From an uncultured Kordia sp. (GTDB lineage: Bacteria; Bacteroidota; Bacteroidia; Flavobacteriales; Flavobacteriaceae), in the NCBI GenBank assembly GCA_964635575.1, contig CAZWNY010000003.1:165-64164 (forward strand): a DNA stretch of 64,000 nucleotides. The letters run 5' to 3'. Positions 30,674 to 41,493 of this stretch are shown here, piece by piece (position 1 is the stretch's first letter; the number at the start of each line of letters is the position of its first letter). Both the position numbers and the translations under genes were made by a program. The notes beneath the pieces are model-generated. The model searched no databases. It saw only the letters and a list, made by a program, of their open reading frames with translations, and was not told where the DNA came from.

Positions 30674-32014
30674 ATGACACTTACTGCTTTAAATGCCGTT
30701 TCTCCTATTGACGGAAGATACCGTGAAAAAACTGACTCATTAGCTCCTTATTTTTCGGAAGAGGCTTTAATAAAATACAGAGTTTTAGTAGAAATTGAAT
30801 ATTTTATTGCTTTATGTGAAATTCCGCTTCCTCAATTAGCAGATTTTGACAGTAGCTTATTTGAAAAATTACGCGATATATATCGAAATTTTTCTTCTGA
30901 AAATGCACAGGCAATTAAGGATATTGAAAAAGTAACAAATCATGATGTAAAAGCTGTTGAATATTTTATAAAAGAACAATTTGATTTACTAAATCTTCAA
31001 AAATATAAAGAATTTATCCATTTTGGGTTAACCTCTCAAGACATTAACAACACAGCAATACCATTATCAATAAAAGAAGCAATTGGCGATGTATATATTC
31101 CTGAATATTTTTCAGTTTTAAAAAAACTAGAAACATTAAGTGAGGAATGGGAAAACATACCTATGTTAGCAAAAACACATGGACAACCAGCATCTCCTAC
31201 CCGATTAGGAAAAGAAATCTACGTTTTTGCAGAACGCTTAAAACAACAGTTCAATTTGTTAAATGACATACCGAGTGCCGCTAAATTTGGTGGAGCAACA
31301 GGTAACTTTAACGCACATAAAGTCGCATACCCAACAATAGATTGGAAAGAGTTTGGAGCAAATTTTGTAAACAGTTTAGGCTTACATCATTCGTTTCCTA
31401 CAACTCAAATTGAACATTATGATCACATGGCAGCATTGTTTGATAATTTAAAACGCATTAACACCATTATTATCGATTTAAACCGAGATATTTGGACGTA
31501 TGTATCAATGAATTACTTTAAACAAAAAATTAAAGCAGGAGAAATTGGTTCATCAGCAATGCCACATAAAGTAAACCCTATCGATTTTGAAAACTCAGAA
31601 GGAAACTTAGGAATTGCCAATGCTATTTTCGAACATTTATCGGCTAAATTACCAATATCCAGGCTACAACGAGATTTAACAGATAGTACTGTTTTACGAA
31701 ACGTTGGCGTTCCGTTTGGCCATACATTAATCGGCTTTCAATCTACCTTAAAAGGATTAAATAAGTTGGTACTAAACAAAGAAGCTTTTGCTGCCGATTT
31801 AGAAAACAATTGGGCAGTTGTTGCTGAAGCAATACAAACTATTTTACGAAGAGAAGCATTTCCAAACCCATACGAAGCGTTAAAATCTTTAACTCGTACT
31901 CATGAAGTTATAAATAAAAAATCGATAGCCGATTTTATTGATACACTTGCAATTTCAGATGCTATTAAAACGGAATTAAAACAAATTACACCAAGCAATT
32001 ATACTGGAATTTAG
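30674..32014 (+). CDS. purB: Adenylosuccinate lyase
   Basis: LTALNAVSPIDGRY N-terminus and the fumarate-lyase signature GSSAMPHKVNP. The preferred ATG is at 30674; the track ORF starts at 30614. Confidence 0.95.
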   Translation: MTLTALNAVSPIDGRYREKTDSLAPYFSEEALIKYRVLVEIEYFIALCEIPLPQLADFDSSLFEKLRDIYRNFSSENAQAIKDIEKVTNHDVKAVEYFIKEQFDLLNLQKYKEFIHFGLTSQDINNTAIPLSIKEAIGDVYIPEYFSVLKKLETLSEEWENIPMLAKTHGQPASPTRLGKEIYVFAERLKQQFNLLNDIPSAAKFGGATGNFNAHKVAYPTIDWKEFGANFVNSLGLHHSFPTTQIEHYDHMAALFDNLKRINTIIIDLNRDIWTYVSMNYFKQKIKAGEIGSSAMPHKVNPIDFENSEGNLGIANAIFEHLSAKLPISRLQRDLTDSTVLRNVGVPFGHTLIGFQSTLKGLNKLVLNKEAFAADLENNWAVVAEAIQTILRREAFPNPYEALKSLTRTHEVINKKSIADFIDTLAISDAIKTELKQITPSNYTGI

Positions 32015-32068
32015 AATTGCTTGGGTTAGTTTTTTAGTGACTTGATTTTTAGAGATTAGTACTAAAAA

Positions 32069-32626
32069 CTATTTGCTTTTTGTTTTAAAGCCCAAAAAAC
32101 TTGTGATTTTTTTAATTTCTGCCGCATCTAAACTATGATCTTTTATAGATTTCAATAGTTCAAATATATTTTGCGGATTCATGTTGTTTCCTAAAACTCG
32201 AACTACTGCAAAACCTTTTTTATCTTCTGCTCCAAAAAACACTAATTCTTTTATTGCAGTTGGCGTTCCTAAATATTTAATGCTACCCATTTTACCATTA
32301 TCATTAAACCGTATTAAGTCGTTATATTTATTGGCTTTTAAAACTGTTTTTAATTCTTTTTTTGCTAATTCATACGTTGCTTGGTTAAATTCATTTTTAC
32401 TAAATGCTAAAAAATTTAATTTATTTATCGACTTATATGCTTGTTTTTGTGTTTTTGTTAATTTGTTTTCGTCCATTTTTAAAATAGATGTCGGAATATC
32501 AATTACCATAAACCCTTGTTTTTCTTGATTTTTTACATAAAACTCATCTAAAGATTGTGTTTTATTACAGCTTACTACTAAAAACAATGTTATACCAACA
32601 AATAGTATTGTTTTAATTAATTTCAT
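32069..32626 (-). CDS. DUF4252-like lipoprotein
   Basis: 185 aa with the lipobox VVSCNK. It is one of two tandem paralogous small secreted proteins downstream of the ECF sigma/anti-sigma pair, the usual DUF4252 context. Confidence 0.5.
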   Translation of the reverse strand: MKLIKTILFVGITLFLVVSCNKTQSLDEFYVKNQEKQGFMVIDIPTSILKMDENKLTKTQKQAYKSINKLNFLAFSKNEFNQATYELAKKELKTVLKANKYNDLIRFNDNGKMGSIKYLGTPTAIKELVFFGAEDKKGFAVVRVLGNNMNPQNIFELLKSIKDHSLDAAEIKKITSFLGFKTKSK

Positions 32627-32628
32627 AA

Positions 32629-33168
32629 TTATTTTCTTTTAGCTTTTTTTAAATGCTCTCCTCCAGGTATATTCATTGTTTTGGTTAATTTTGACACTTG
32701 CTTTAAGTCAAAATCTCCTGTAAGCGATAACAATACTGTATTTACATTTTTTTCTTGTATTTTTTTATTTATATTACTTACAAACATTAATAGTTCGGCT
32801 ACTTTATCTGGTGTACTTCCTTCTTTTATATAAAACTTCACATTTAAATTCTCGTCTTTTATTCGCATTAATTCCTCTAAATTCGATTTTCTCAAATAGC
32901 TTTTCATCATTGTTTCCATTTTTGCTGCTTTACTTTCATCTTTTGCTACAAAAACTTTTAAATTGGTAATACTTTTAATTACGTTTAGCAATTCTTTTGC
33001 TTCAGAATCATCAGTACTAATGTCTATTTTACTCATTAAGCTAAACATGTTTGCGTTTACGATTACGGATGTTATTCCGTCTTCGTCTTCTAAACTATCA
33101 AAATAATTTTGTCCGTTTATACACAAAGGCATTAGGATAAGTGCTAAAATAATACTTGTTTTTTTCAT
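32629..33168 (-). CDS. DUF4252-like secreted protein
   Basis: 179 aa with a signal peptide. It shares the architecture of the neighbour (..V....MF.L......D....L.....I..L.V...), with which it sits in tandem. Confidence 0.5.
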   Translation of the reverse strand: MKKTSIILALILMPLCINGQNYFDSLEDEDGITSVIVNANMFSLMSKIDISTDDSEAKELLNVIKSITNLKVFVAKDESKAAKMETMMKSYLRKSNLEELMRIKDENLNVKFYIKEGSTPDKVAELLMFVSNINKKIQEKNVNTVLLSLTGDFDLKQVSKLTKTMNIPGGEHLKKAKRK

Positions 33169-33193
33169 AATTTTTAATTTTAAATTGTTGTTT

Positions 33194-33640
33194 TTAATTC
33201 TTTTTTTTATTTTTAAATATTTGATGTTTTATTTTTTCAAATTTCACTAAATAAGCTATTTTTTCAGTTCCCTTATTAAAATTATTAGAAAGCAATTGTA
33301 ATGCCAACTTTGTTTGCTTGTATGCTAAAGCAACCTCTTTCTTTTGATTTTTAGTATTTACGATATTTCTTTTAGTGTAAAAACCAACTGCAAAAATTAA
33401 TAATACTGCTACCGACAACCATTTATAGTTTACCATTTTTTGTGGCACAAAAATTTGTTGCGGTAAGGTTTCCTTTTTTGCATTTTTAAAATATCCAAAT
33501 ACTAATACATATTGTTGTAAATGTGGCGGCACATTTTGCGTAGTAAAATACTGTTGTAAATACTGCTCTTCAACAAGAGTCGTATTTGCAACTTCGTATT
33601 TGGCTATTAACTCTTCTATTTCACATATTTTAAATTCCAT
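33194..33640 (-). CDS. Putative membrane-anchored anti-sigma factor / hypothetical protein
   Basis: 148 aa with a single central TM (WLSVAVLLIFAVGFY). It overlaps the upstream ECF sigma gene by 11 nt. Confidence 0.4.
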   Translation of the reverse strand: MEFKICEIEELIAKYEVANTTLVEEQYLQQYFTTQNVPPHLQQYVLVFGYFKNAKKETLPQQIFVPQKMVNYKWLSVAVLLIFAVGFYTKRNIVNTKNQKKEVALAYKQTKLALQLLSNNFNKGTEKIAYLVKFEKIKHQIFKNKKKN

Positions 33641-34136
33641 AATTATGTTTTTTTATGAGTTGTTCTTTTATTGTTTTTCTTGCTCTAGACAAATTTACTC
33701 GAATAGCAGTTTCCTTATTATTTAATAACACTGCTATTTCAGAAATCTGGTAGTGCTCAATATCTCTTAATTGAATAATTAAACGTTGTTTTGGTGGTAA
33801 ATTTTCAATTAGTTTTTCCACCCAATTAATACTATCATTAATTTCTATTTGTTTTTGCAAACTCGCATTATCGTCAGTATAATTACTGTGTACAATTTTT
33901 AAGGTTTTCGCTTGTTTTGATTTTAATCGGTCAAAACAATAGTTTTTGGTCATGGTCATGGCAAATGCTTCTACGTTTTTACAAGATGCTATTTTCACTT
34001 TACCTTTCCAAAGTTTCAATATAACTTCTTGTGTAGCATCTTGCGCTTCTTCTGTAGATATTAATAGTCGTTTTGCTAAACGATATAGTTTATCTTTAAA
34101 AGGTAATACTACGGTTAAAAAATCAGATTGAGTCAT
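33630..34136 (-). CDS. RNA polymerase ECF-type sigma-70 factor
   Basis: 168 aa. Region 2 is EEAQDATQEV..KLW and region 4 is the HTH ..LPPKQR.I..LRD.E.Y...EIA..L.....A.RV.LSRAR. Confidence 0.85.
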   Translation of the reverse strand: MTQSDFLTVVLPFKDKLYRLAKRLLISTEEAQDATQEVILKLWKGKVKIASCKNVEAFAMTMTKNYCFDRLKSKQAKTLKIVHSNYTDDNASLQKQIEINDSINWVEKLIENLPPKQRLIIQLRDIEHYQISEIAVLLNNKETAIRVNLSRARKTIKEQLIKKHNYGI

Positions 34137-34238
34137 TTTTAAGTTTGTGTTCTTATTTTAATATGACGACTCAATTTATAATTTGTAACATTATTTTTAA
34201 TTATTTTCAAGAAAAACATTACTTTTAAGCAAAAAAAG

Positions 34239-35720
34239 ATGAAACACTTTAAACCCTTTTTATTAATACTAGCTTTATTTTTTATAGTTAGTAGCTGTTT
34301 TAATGATAATGACGACATAATTGCTCCTGTTTCTAAAACTGATATTGGAGATTTTGTTTGGAAAGCAATGAATTTATATTATTTATATAAAGATGATGTA
34401 ACCGCCTTGGAAGACAACCAATTTGCTACTCAAAATGAATTAAATGACTATATAAATACGTTTGCTACTCCTGAATCTTTTTTTGAAAACTTGATATACG
34501 ACAGACCTTTTACCGATAAATTTAGTTGGATTGTTTCTGATTACAGAGTTCTTGAAGCTTCTTTTACAGGAACTTCAAATAAAAACGGAATGAGTTTCGG
34601 TTTTTTTGTTGACCCTAACAATATGAGCAACAGCGCATACGGTTATGTACGGTATGTTTTACCTAATTCTGATGCAGAAGCAAAAGGCATCACAAGAGGC
34701 GTTATTTTTAAAGCAGTAAACGGCATAAACATTACTTATAATGCGGCTACAAACAGAATAGATTCCGCTATTATTAACAGTTTACGAGATAATAGTTATA
34801 GTATCGAATTAGCTACTTTTGATGGCGTTACCGTAATTACGACAGGAAGTATCGTCAATTTAACTAAAACAGTTTTAACCGAAAACCCCGTATTAAAAGC
34901 TCATACTATTAATGCAAACGGAACCAATGTCGGTTATTTATTATACAACCAATTTACTGCAAATTTTGATGATGCACTAAATAATGCGTTTGCAGGTTTT
35001 TTAGCAAATGGCATTACAGAGTTGGTTTTAGATTTTAGATACAACTCAGGCGGATCAGTACACAGCGCAATTACATTAGCAAGTTTAGTTACAGGACAGT
35101 TTTCAGGACAAGTTTTTAGTACAGAACAATGGAATAACAAAATACAAGCCTTTTTTCAGACCAATGACCCAAACCAATTGATTAATAAATTTATAACTAC
35201 CACCAGAAACGGACAAGCCTTAAACAGTTTAAACCTAACACGAGTTTACATTATTACAACAGGTCGCTCAGCATCGGCAAGTGAGTTAATTATAAATGGC
35301 CTTAATCCGTACATAAACGTAGTTCAAATAGGAACTGCTACTGCCGGTAAATTTCAAGCGTCTATAACATTATACGATGGAGATAATTTCACTAAAAACA
35401 ATATAAACTTAGGACATAATTACGCCATACAACCTTTGGTATTAAAATCGTTAAACAGCGCTGGTTTTACTGATTATTTTAATGGATTTACTCCTACTAC
35501 ATCTTTTCAATTAGCTGAAGACTATAGTAATTTAGGGGTTTTAGGAAACGTAACAGAACCACTATTAGAAGAGGCTATTTGTGACATTACGGGTTTGTGC
35601 AAAAAAACCAATACCTTTAAAAAAGGACTTAAAGCTATCGACTTTAAACAAAATTATTTTGAAGGAAATATGGTTTCTGAAAAAAAATTACCCGAGGAAT
35701 TAAAATATTATATTCAATAA
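34239..35720 (+). CDS. S41-family (C-terminal processing peptidase-like) lipoprotein
   Basis: 493 aa with the lipobox VSSCFN. LDFRYNSGGSV and TGRSASASELIINGL are typical S41 catalytic-region motifs. Confidence 0.6.
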   Translation: MKHFKPFLLILALFFIVSSCFNDNDDIIAPVSKTDIGDFVWKAMNLYYLYKDDVTALEDNQFATQNELNDYINTFATPESFFENLIYDRPFTDKFSWIVSDYRVLEASFTGTSNKNGMSFGFFVDPNNMSNSAYGYVRYVLPNSDAEAKGITRGVIFKAVNGINITYNAATNRIDSAIINSLRDNSYSIELATFDGVTVITTGSIVNLTKTVLTENPVLKAHTINANGTNVGYLLYNQFTANFDDALNNAFAGFLANGITELVLDFRYNSGGSVHSAITLASLVTGQFSGQVFSTEQWNNKIQAFFQTNDPNQLINKFITTTRNGQALNSLNLTRVYIITTGRSASASELIINGLNPYINVVQIGTATAGKFQASITLYDGDNFTKNNINLGHNYAIQPLVLKSLNSAGFTDYFNGFTPTTSFQLAEDYSNLGVLGNVTEPLLEEAICDITGLCKKTNTFKKGLKAIDFKQNYFEGNMVSEKKLPEELKYYIQ

Positions 35721-36119
35721 TTTTGGTCAAAAAAAGAAACGGTAAAAATTGAACAAATTGAAAACAAATAGAATATCATAAATAAAAACGTAGAAATAAA
35801 AAACAGAATTATAAATCTTATTATTTACAGAAAAATCGGGAATTACTGAGTTTACAATAACGATAAAACACCCTATATACAAATAGCGCTTTAAACCATC
35901 TAAAATAGACCCTTAAAAACACCACCTATAACACTAACTTTAAGAACATTACATTTTTCTAGTTAAAACAATTGACAAAAATATGAACTAAAATTTCGTG
36001 TATTTGTTACTTCTTTAACAAAGTCTCCCTTTGTTCTGAGGTAATAGTATAAAAACAATACATATATGTAAGTTTTAATTATCTTTACGACCTAAATAAT
36101 ATATAAAAAACAAATTACG

Positions 36120-36779
36120 GTGAAAGAAACAGACGAAATTGGAGAAAATCACATCGCAACATCATATGACACACCATTAAGAGCAGATGCTTTTAATTTA
36201 GATGATGCCTCAAAAATAGAGGTAATACAAAAAAACATAAAAAGCATAATGCATACTTTAGGCTTAGATTTAACTGACGACAGTTTAAAAGGCACACCAA
36301 AACGAGTTGCCAAAATGTTTGTTACCGAAATTTTTGGAGGCTTAAACCCAAAACGAAAACCAGAACCATCAACTTTTGACAATAAATATAAATACGGTGA
36401 AATGTTAGTTGAAAAAAACATTACATTATATTCTACCTGTGAACATCACTTTTTACCAATTGTTGGTAAAGCACATGTTGCATACATATCTAAAGGAAAA
36501 GTAATCGGTTTATCTAAAATGAATCGTATTGTAGATTATTATGCAAACCGACCACAAGTACAAGAACGCCTAACCATACAAATTGTAAAAGAATTGCAAG
36601 AAGCATTAGGAACAAATGACGTTGCTTGTATAATAGACGCAAAACACTTGTGCGTAAACTCAAGAGGCATAAAAGACGTAGCTAGTAGTACCGTAACTTC
36701 CGAGTTTGGAGGGGAATTTAAAGACTTAGCAGTACGCAGGGAATTTTTAGATTATATTAAATTAGATACCAATTACTAA
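36120..36779 (+). CDS. folE: GTP cyclohydrolase I (FolE type 1)
   Basis: GTPKRVAKMF, CEHHFLP and RPQVQERLT motifs. GTG start at 36120. Confidence 0.95.
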   Translation: MKETDEIGENHIATSYDTPLRADAFNLDDASKIEVIQKNIKSIMHTLGLDLTDDSLKGTPKRVAKMFVTEIFGGLNPKRKPEPSTFDNKYKYGEMLVEKNITLYSTCEHHFLPIVGKAHVAYISKGKVIGLSKMNRIVDYYANRPQVQERLTIQIVKELQEALGTNDVACIIDAKHLCVNSRGIKDVASSTVTSEFGGEFKDLAVRREFLDYIKLDTNY

Positions 36780-36806
36780 AAACGCACCTTAAAAAACAAA
36801 TTGAGA

Positions 36807-38282
36807 ATGACCCGTTTTAAACAACAACAATTAAAAATATACAATTCGCTAACTGGCGAAAAAGAAATTTTTAAACCCATAACCGAAGGTTTTGTTGGAT
36901 TGTATGTTTGCGGACCTACCGTTTACAGCAACGTACACTTAGGTAATATTAGAACTTTTATGAGTTTTGATATGATTTATCGTTACCTTATACACTTAGG
37001 ATACAAAGTACGTTATGTACGAAATATTACCGATGCAGGTCATTTAACAGATGATAATGCTGAAGATAAAATTTCGAAAAAAGCACGTTTAGAAAAACTA
37101 GAACCAATGGAAATTGTACAAAAATACACCGTAGATTTTCATAACGTACTTAAACAATATAACCTATTACCACCTAATATAGAACCAACCGCAACAGGTC
37201 ATATTGTAGAACAAATACAAACTACGCAAAAAATTATTGATGCAGGTTTAGCATATGTGGCAAACGGATCAGTTTATTTTGATGTCTTAAAATATAACGA
37301 AACTAAAAATTACGGAATACTCTCTAAACGTATTATTGAAGATGCCGTAGAAAACACGAGAACTCTTGACGGTCAATCGGACAAAAAAAACCCTCAAGAT
37401 TTTGCTCTCTGGAAAAAAGCAGACCCACAACACATACAGCGTTGGAACTCTCCTTGGTCAGAAGGTTTCCCTGGTTGGCATTTAGAATGTACCGTAATGA
37501 GTACAAAATATTTAGGTGAACAATTTGATATTCATGGTGGCGGAATGGATTTAAAATTTCCACATCACGAATGTGAAATCGCACAAGCAGAAGCATGCAA
37601 CAATAAAACACCTGTAAATTATTGGATGCACACCAATATGTTGAATTTAAATGGTAAAAAAATGTCAAAATCAACAGGTAATTTTTTAAACCCAAGTGAT
37701 ATTTACACCGGAAATAATACCATTTTAAGCAAAGCATTTACACCAAGTGTAACCCGTTTTTCGATGTTACAAGCACATTATAAAAGTGTTTTAGACCTAA
37801 CAAACGAAGCTCTTTTAGCTTCCGAAAAAGGATACAGTCGCTTAATGGAAGCTCTTAAAACAGCAGTATGTTTAAACACAAATAAAACATCTACATTTAA
37901 TGTAATTGCATGGAAACAGAATTGTTACAATGCAATGAATGACGATTTTAATACTCCAATTTTAATTGCCCATTTATTTGATGCCGTAAAATTCATTAAC
38001 CAAGTAAAAAGCGATAAAGCAACCGTTACCACACAAGATCTAGAAATACTTCAAAAAACATTGAATACCTTTGTATTTGATGTTTTAGGATTAAAAAATG
38101 AAGAAATTTTAGCAACTAATTCAGATACCTTAACAGGTACTATTGAGTTATTAATACAATTAAGAGCCGAAGCTAAGGCTAATAAAAATTACGCAATTTC
38201 TGATAAAATTAGAACCAAATTAATTGCTTTAGGAGTCCAATTAAAAGATGGCAGAGACGGCACTACATTCTCTTTAAATTAA
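36807..38282 (+). CDS. cysS: Cysteinyl-tRNA synthetase
   Basis: [15 protein letters not shown] (HIGH region), FPHHECE and KMSKSTGN. The preferred ATG is at 36807; the track starts at a TTG at 36801. Confidence 0.95.
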   Translation: MTRFKQQQLKIYNSLTGEKEIFKPITEGFVGLYVCGPTVYSNVHLGNIRTFMSFDMIYRYLIHLGYKVRYVRNITDAGHLTDDNAEDKISKKARLEKLEPMEIVQKYTVDFHNVLKQYNLLPPNIEPTATGHIVEQIQTTQKIIDAGLAYVANGSVYFDVLKYNETKNYGILSKRIIEDAVENTRTLDGQSDKKNPQDFALWKKADPQHIQRWNSPWSEGFPGWHLECTVMSTKYLGEQFDIHGGGMDLKFPHHECEIAQAEACNNKTPVNYWMHTNMLNLNGKKMSKSTGNFLNPSDIYTGNNTILSKAFTPSVTRFSMLQAHYKSVLDLTNEALLASEKGYSRLMEALKTAVCLNTNKTSTFNVIAWKQNCYNAMNDDFNTPILIAHLFDAVKFINQVKSDKATVTTQDLEILQKTLNTFVFDVLGLKNEEILATNSDTLTGTIELLIQLRAEAKANKNYAISDKIRTKLIALGVQLKDGRDGTTFSLN

Positions 38283-38291
38283 TAACGTAAA

Positions 38292-38558
38292 ATGAAACAC
38301 TTTTTTACTTATCCCTTAATTTTGTTAATTCGTTTTTATCAAATTGCAATTTCACCCTATACGCCGTCAAGTTGTAGATATTCACCTACTTGCTCTAGCT
38401 ATTCATTAGAAGCCTTAAAAATCCATGGACTAAAAAACGGAGGTTGGTTAACAATAAAACGAATTATTAGCTGTAACCCTTGGGGCGGAAACGGCTATGA
38501 TCCTGTTCCTGAAAAAACAGAAGATAAAAAATATAAAAGTAAAATACCTTATCATTAA
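38292..38558 (+). CDS. yidD: Membrane protein insertion efficiency factor YidD
   Basis: 88 aa. YQ..ISP......CRY.PTCS.Y..EA....G...G..L...RI..C.P is the YidD signature. Confidence 0.85.
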   Translation: MKHFFTYPLILLIRFYQIAISPYTPSSCRYSPTCSSYSLEALKIHGLKNGGWLTIKRIISCNPWGGNGYDPVPEKTEDKKYKSKIPYH

Positions 38559-38674
38559 TTATGCACGTTGTTTCCAATAGCTTTTATTTTTTCATAATTA
38601 TTTTAGAATTAAAATAATTTAAAACAGGTTTTTCGTTTTAGCTAATTCTTATTATTTTATTGCCAATTATATTA

Positions 38675-39763
38675 TTATTTAAAATATGAAAAAGTTTCTC
38701 CTTCTTCAATTTTAAGTAATGTTTCATAAATTAATTGAATTACATTTTCTACATCTTCACGATGTACCATTTCAACAGTGGTGTGCATATAACGTAATGG
38801 TAAAGATATTAATGCCGAAGGAACTCCGCCATTACTGTACGCAAAAGCATCTGTATCTGTTCCTGTTGCTCTAGATGATGCCATACGTTGAAATGGTATT
38901 TTGTTTTCCTGAGCTGTTTCAATAATTAAATCTCGTAATTTTTGTTGTACCGCTGGAGCATAAGAAATTACAGGTCCTTTACCTATAGCGGTATCTCCTT
39001 GTGTTTTCTTTTCTATCATTGGTGTAGTTGTATCGTGGCAAACATCTGTAATAATTGCTACGTTTGGCTGTATGGTTTCGGTAATCATTTGCGCGCCACG
39101 TAAACCTATTTCTTCTTGTACTGAATTGGTTATGTATAAGCCAAAAGGAAGCTTTTTTTTGTTTTCGTGTAATAAACGCGCTACCTCAGCAATCATGAAT
39201 CCGCCTGCTCGGTTATCAATTGCTCTACATACAAATTTATCATTATTTAATACAAAAAATTTGTCAGGATAAGTAATTACACAACCTACGTGTACACCTA
39301 GGTTTTCTACTTCTTCTTTTGTTGTACAGCCACAATCGATAAAAATAGTATCTAATTTTGGAGATTTTTCACTTGTTGCTTTACGAGTGTGTATTGCTGG
39401 CCAACCAAATAAACCTTTTACAATTCCGTTTTTAGTATGAATATTTACCACTTTAGATGGTGCTATTTGATGATCACTTCCTCCATTTCTGATTACATAA
39501 ATAAGTCCGTTATCGGTAATGTAATTTACATACCAACTAATTTCATCCGCATGACCTTCTATAACTACTTTAAATTTTGCGTCAGGGTTAATTACGCCTA
39601 CTGCATTACCGTAAGCATCGGTTATAAAAGTATCTACATACGGCTTTAGATAGTCCATCCAAATTTTCTGACCTTCCCATTCGTATCCTGTTGGTGCTGC
39701 ATTGTTTAAATATTTTTCTAAAAAAGTAAGTGATTTTTTAGTTAAAATTGTTTTTTTTGACAT
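38675..39763 (-). CDS. M42 family metallopeptidase (glutamyl aminopeptidase/FrvX-like)
   Basis: 362 aa. GHADEI, DNRAGG and VQEEIGLRGA are metal-ligand motifs of the M42 family. Confidence 0.8.
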   Translation of the reverse strand: MSKKTILTKKSLTFLEKYLNNAAPTGYEWEGQKIWMDYLKPYVDTFITDAYGNAVGVINPDAKFKVVIEGHADEISWYVNYITDNGLIYVIRNGGSDHQIAPSKVVNIHTKNGIVKGLFGWPAIHTRKATSEKSPKLDTIFIDCGCTTKEEVENLGVHVGCVITYPDKFFVLNNDKFVCRAIDNRAGGFMIAEVARLLHENKKKLPFGLYITNSVQEEIGLRGAQMITETIQPNVAIITDVCHDTTTPMIEKKTQGDTAIGKGPVISYAPAVQQKLRDLIIETAQENKIPFQRMASSRATGTDTDAFAYSNGGVPSALISLPLRYMHTTVEMVHREDVENVIQLIYETLLKIEEGETFSYFK

Positions 39764-39807
39764 AATAGTATGATGTTAAATTTCCTCAATATAAAATAAA
39801 TGAGAGA

Positions 39808-41286
39808 TTAAAATATAGTTGCTTGATATGCGCCAATATCTGAAGCATTAATTGGTCTTGCGGTATTAATAATATCGTTAAAAGTAGGTATAATGTCCAA
39901 CGCAGTATTAGTTGCAGGAGAAGTATTTTCGTTTATATTAAAGTTATTAGCGTTACTGTTTTTAAAGTTCGGGTTCTGGTTTAAAATATTATTTTCAAAA
40001 ACACTTGCATTATCAGTATCGTATAATGGATTGGTAGTAAACTGACTACCAACATCATTAAAACGCAACAAGCAGTTTGTGAATTTATAGTTAAAAGCTA
40101 CGCCATTTTCTTTATTTAAAGTAAACTCTAAGTTTTCATTACCATAAACAATACAGTTTGTAAAATTCGCTTCAATTAAATTTGATGCAAAACCTCCAAG
40201 CCAATTACTAATGTATAACGTTGGAAAACTACGTGAACTACTATTCCAATAATTAGCAAACGTACAATGTGTGAAGTTATAAGTTCCACCAAGAGTAAGT
40301 AAAATGGTTGCTTGTCCGCAGTTATTCGCAACTATATTTTTACCTTCAATATTTCCTTGAAAAGCAAATAATGCATTTATGGAATGGTTATATAATTGTG
40401 TGTTTGTTATGGTTGTGGTTAAATCACCATCATTACCATCGCTACGGATACCAATGATTGCATTTTTAATGGTTACATAATCAAATAAATTGTTTGTACT
40501 TCCTTCTTTTAACCAAATAGTTCCCCATTGACCAGGAATATTGTTATATAAATTTTCTAATCGATCGCCTTCAAAAATAATTTCATTTTCTAATAACGTT
40601 TGGTCTGTACTTAGGTTTCCATCTGCAATTATTGTGGCTCCGTTTTCGACAATTAATCCTGAATTTCTATGAAAATGTATTCTTGCACCAGCATCAATGG
40701 TTAACGTTTGCCCTGTTGGCACTGTTGCAAAACCATAAATAACATATGGTTTATTATTTGTAAAGTGTAGTTGTGTTGTGGTTAAATCAAAATTATTTAG
40801 AGTTTCATCAATTAAAGTTGGTGGAAAAATAAACTCTGCATCTTTAACTAAAGTAACCAGTTTTACGTCTTGATAATGTAAGTTTTTATCAAAAACAATA
40901 GAATCTTTATATAAAAATTCGGTTGTAGTTGTGGTGTAATTTAAAATATCTACGGTGGTTTCTACAAAAATAAATAAACTATCGTTTGCTTTAATTTCTA
41001 TATTATTAAAACTTTTACCTGTTAAACCGTCTACAAGTAAACGAAAGTTAGAATTTTCACCTCTTCCTAACGCTATAGTAGGAATATGAATATCGTTATT
41101 ACTATTATTATAAACCTTTAAGTTATAAGTGCTAGACCCAATATTGGTAAAAATAGTGTCTAAAAAGATGGTATCTTTTGAAAAAAGTAAATTTCCTGTA
41201 CTTGGTATTGTGCTAAAATCCTTTCGGCAAGATGCTAAACTAATAATAGTAATTAAAATGATGGTAATACTAATAAGGTTACGCAT
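39808..41286 (-). CDS. Conserved hypothetical lipoprotein, probable Ig-like N-domain plus right-handed beta-helix
   Basis: 492 aa with the lipobox LASCRK. It is N/T/G-rich with periodic hydrophobic repeats (..I.N..I.., NC..) suggestive of a parallel beta-helix. No catalytic motif was recognised. Confidence 0.45.
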   Translation of the reverse strand: MRNLISITIILITIISLASCRKDFSTIPSTGNLLFSKDTIFLDTIFTNIGSSTYNLKVYNNSNNDIHIPTIALGRGENSNFRLLVDGLTGKSFNNIEIKANDSLFIFVETTVDILNYTTTTTEFLYKDSIVFDKNLHYQDVKLVTLVKDAEFIFPPTLIDETLNNFDLTTTQLHFTNNKPYVIYGFATVPTGQTLTIDAGARIHFHRNSGLIVENGATIIADGNLSTDQTLLENEIIFEGDRLENLYNNIPGQWGTIWLKEGSTNNLFDYVTIKNAIIGIRSDGNDGDLTTTITNTQLYNHSINALFAFQGNIEGKNIVANNCGQATILLTLGGTYNFTHCTFANYWNSSSRSFPTLYISNWLGGFASNLIEANFTNCIVYGNENLEFTLNKENGVAFNYKFTNCLLRFNDVGSQFTTNPLYDTDNASVFENNILNQNPNFKNSNANNFNINENTSPATNTALDIIPTFNDIINTARPINASDIGAYQATIF

Positions 41287-41493
41287 TTTTTTATTTTTTG
41301 TATCTCGTAAAAATAAGATTATTCTTTTAAAACAACAGTTAATTTTTGTTTGATTTTTTTATTTCCCGAAGTTATTATCTAAACAGTTATTCCGAAAGGG
41401 TTTTATGAATACCATTTTGAGTTATAAATTATCAAAACACGAAGTATTATATTTTTGAAAAAACTATTTTTAATTTTAAAGTAAACTTAATCT

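Noticed and set aside
37333-37737. 134-aa minus-strand ORF
   Set aside because: It is antisense to cysS (HIGH/KMSKS motifs present) and is a shadow ORF.
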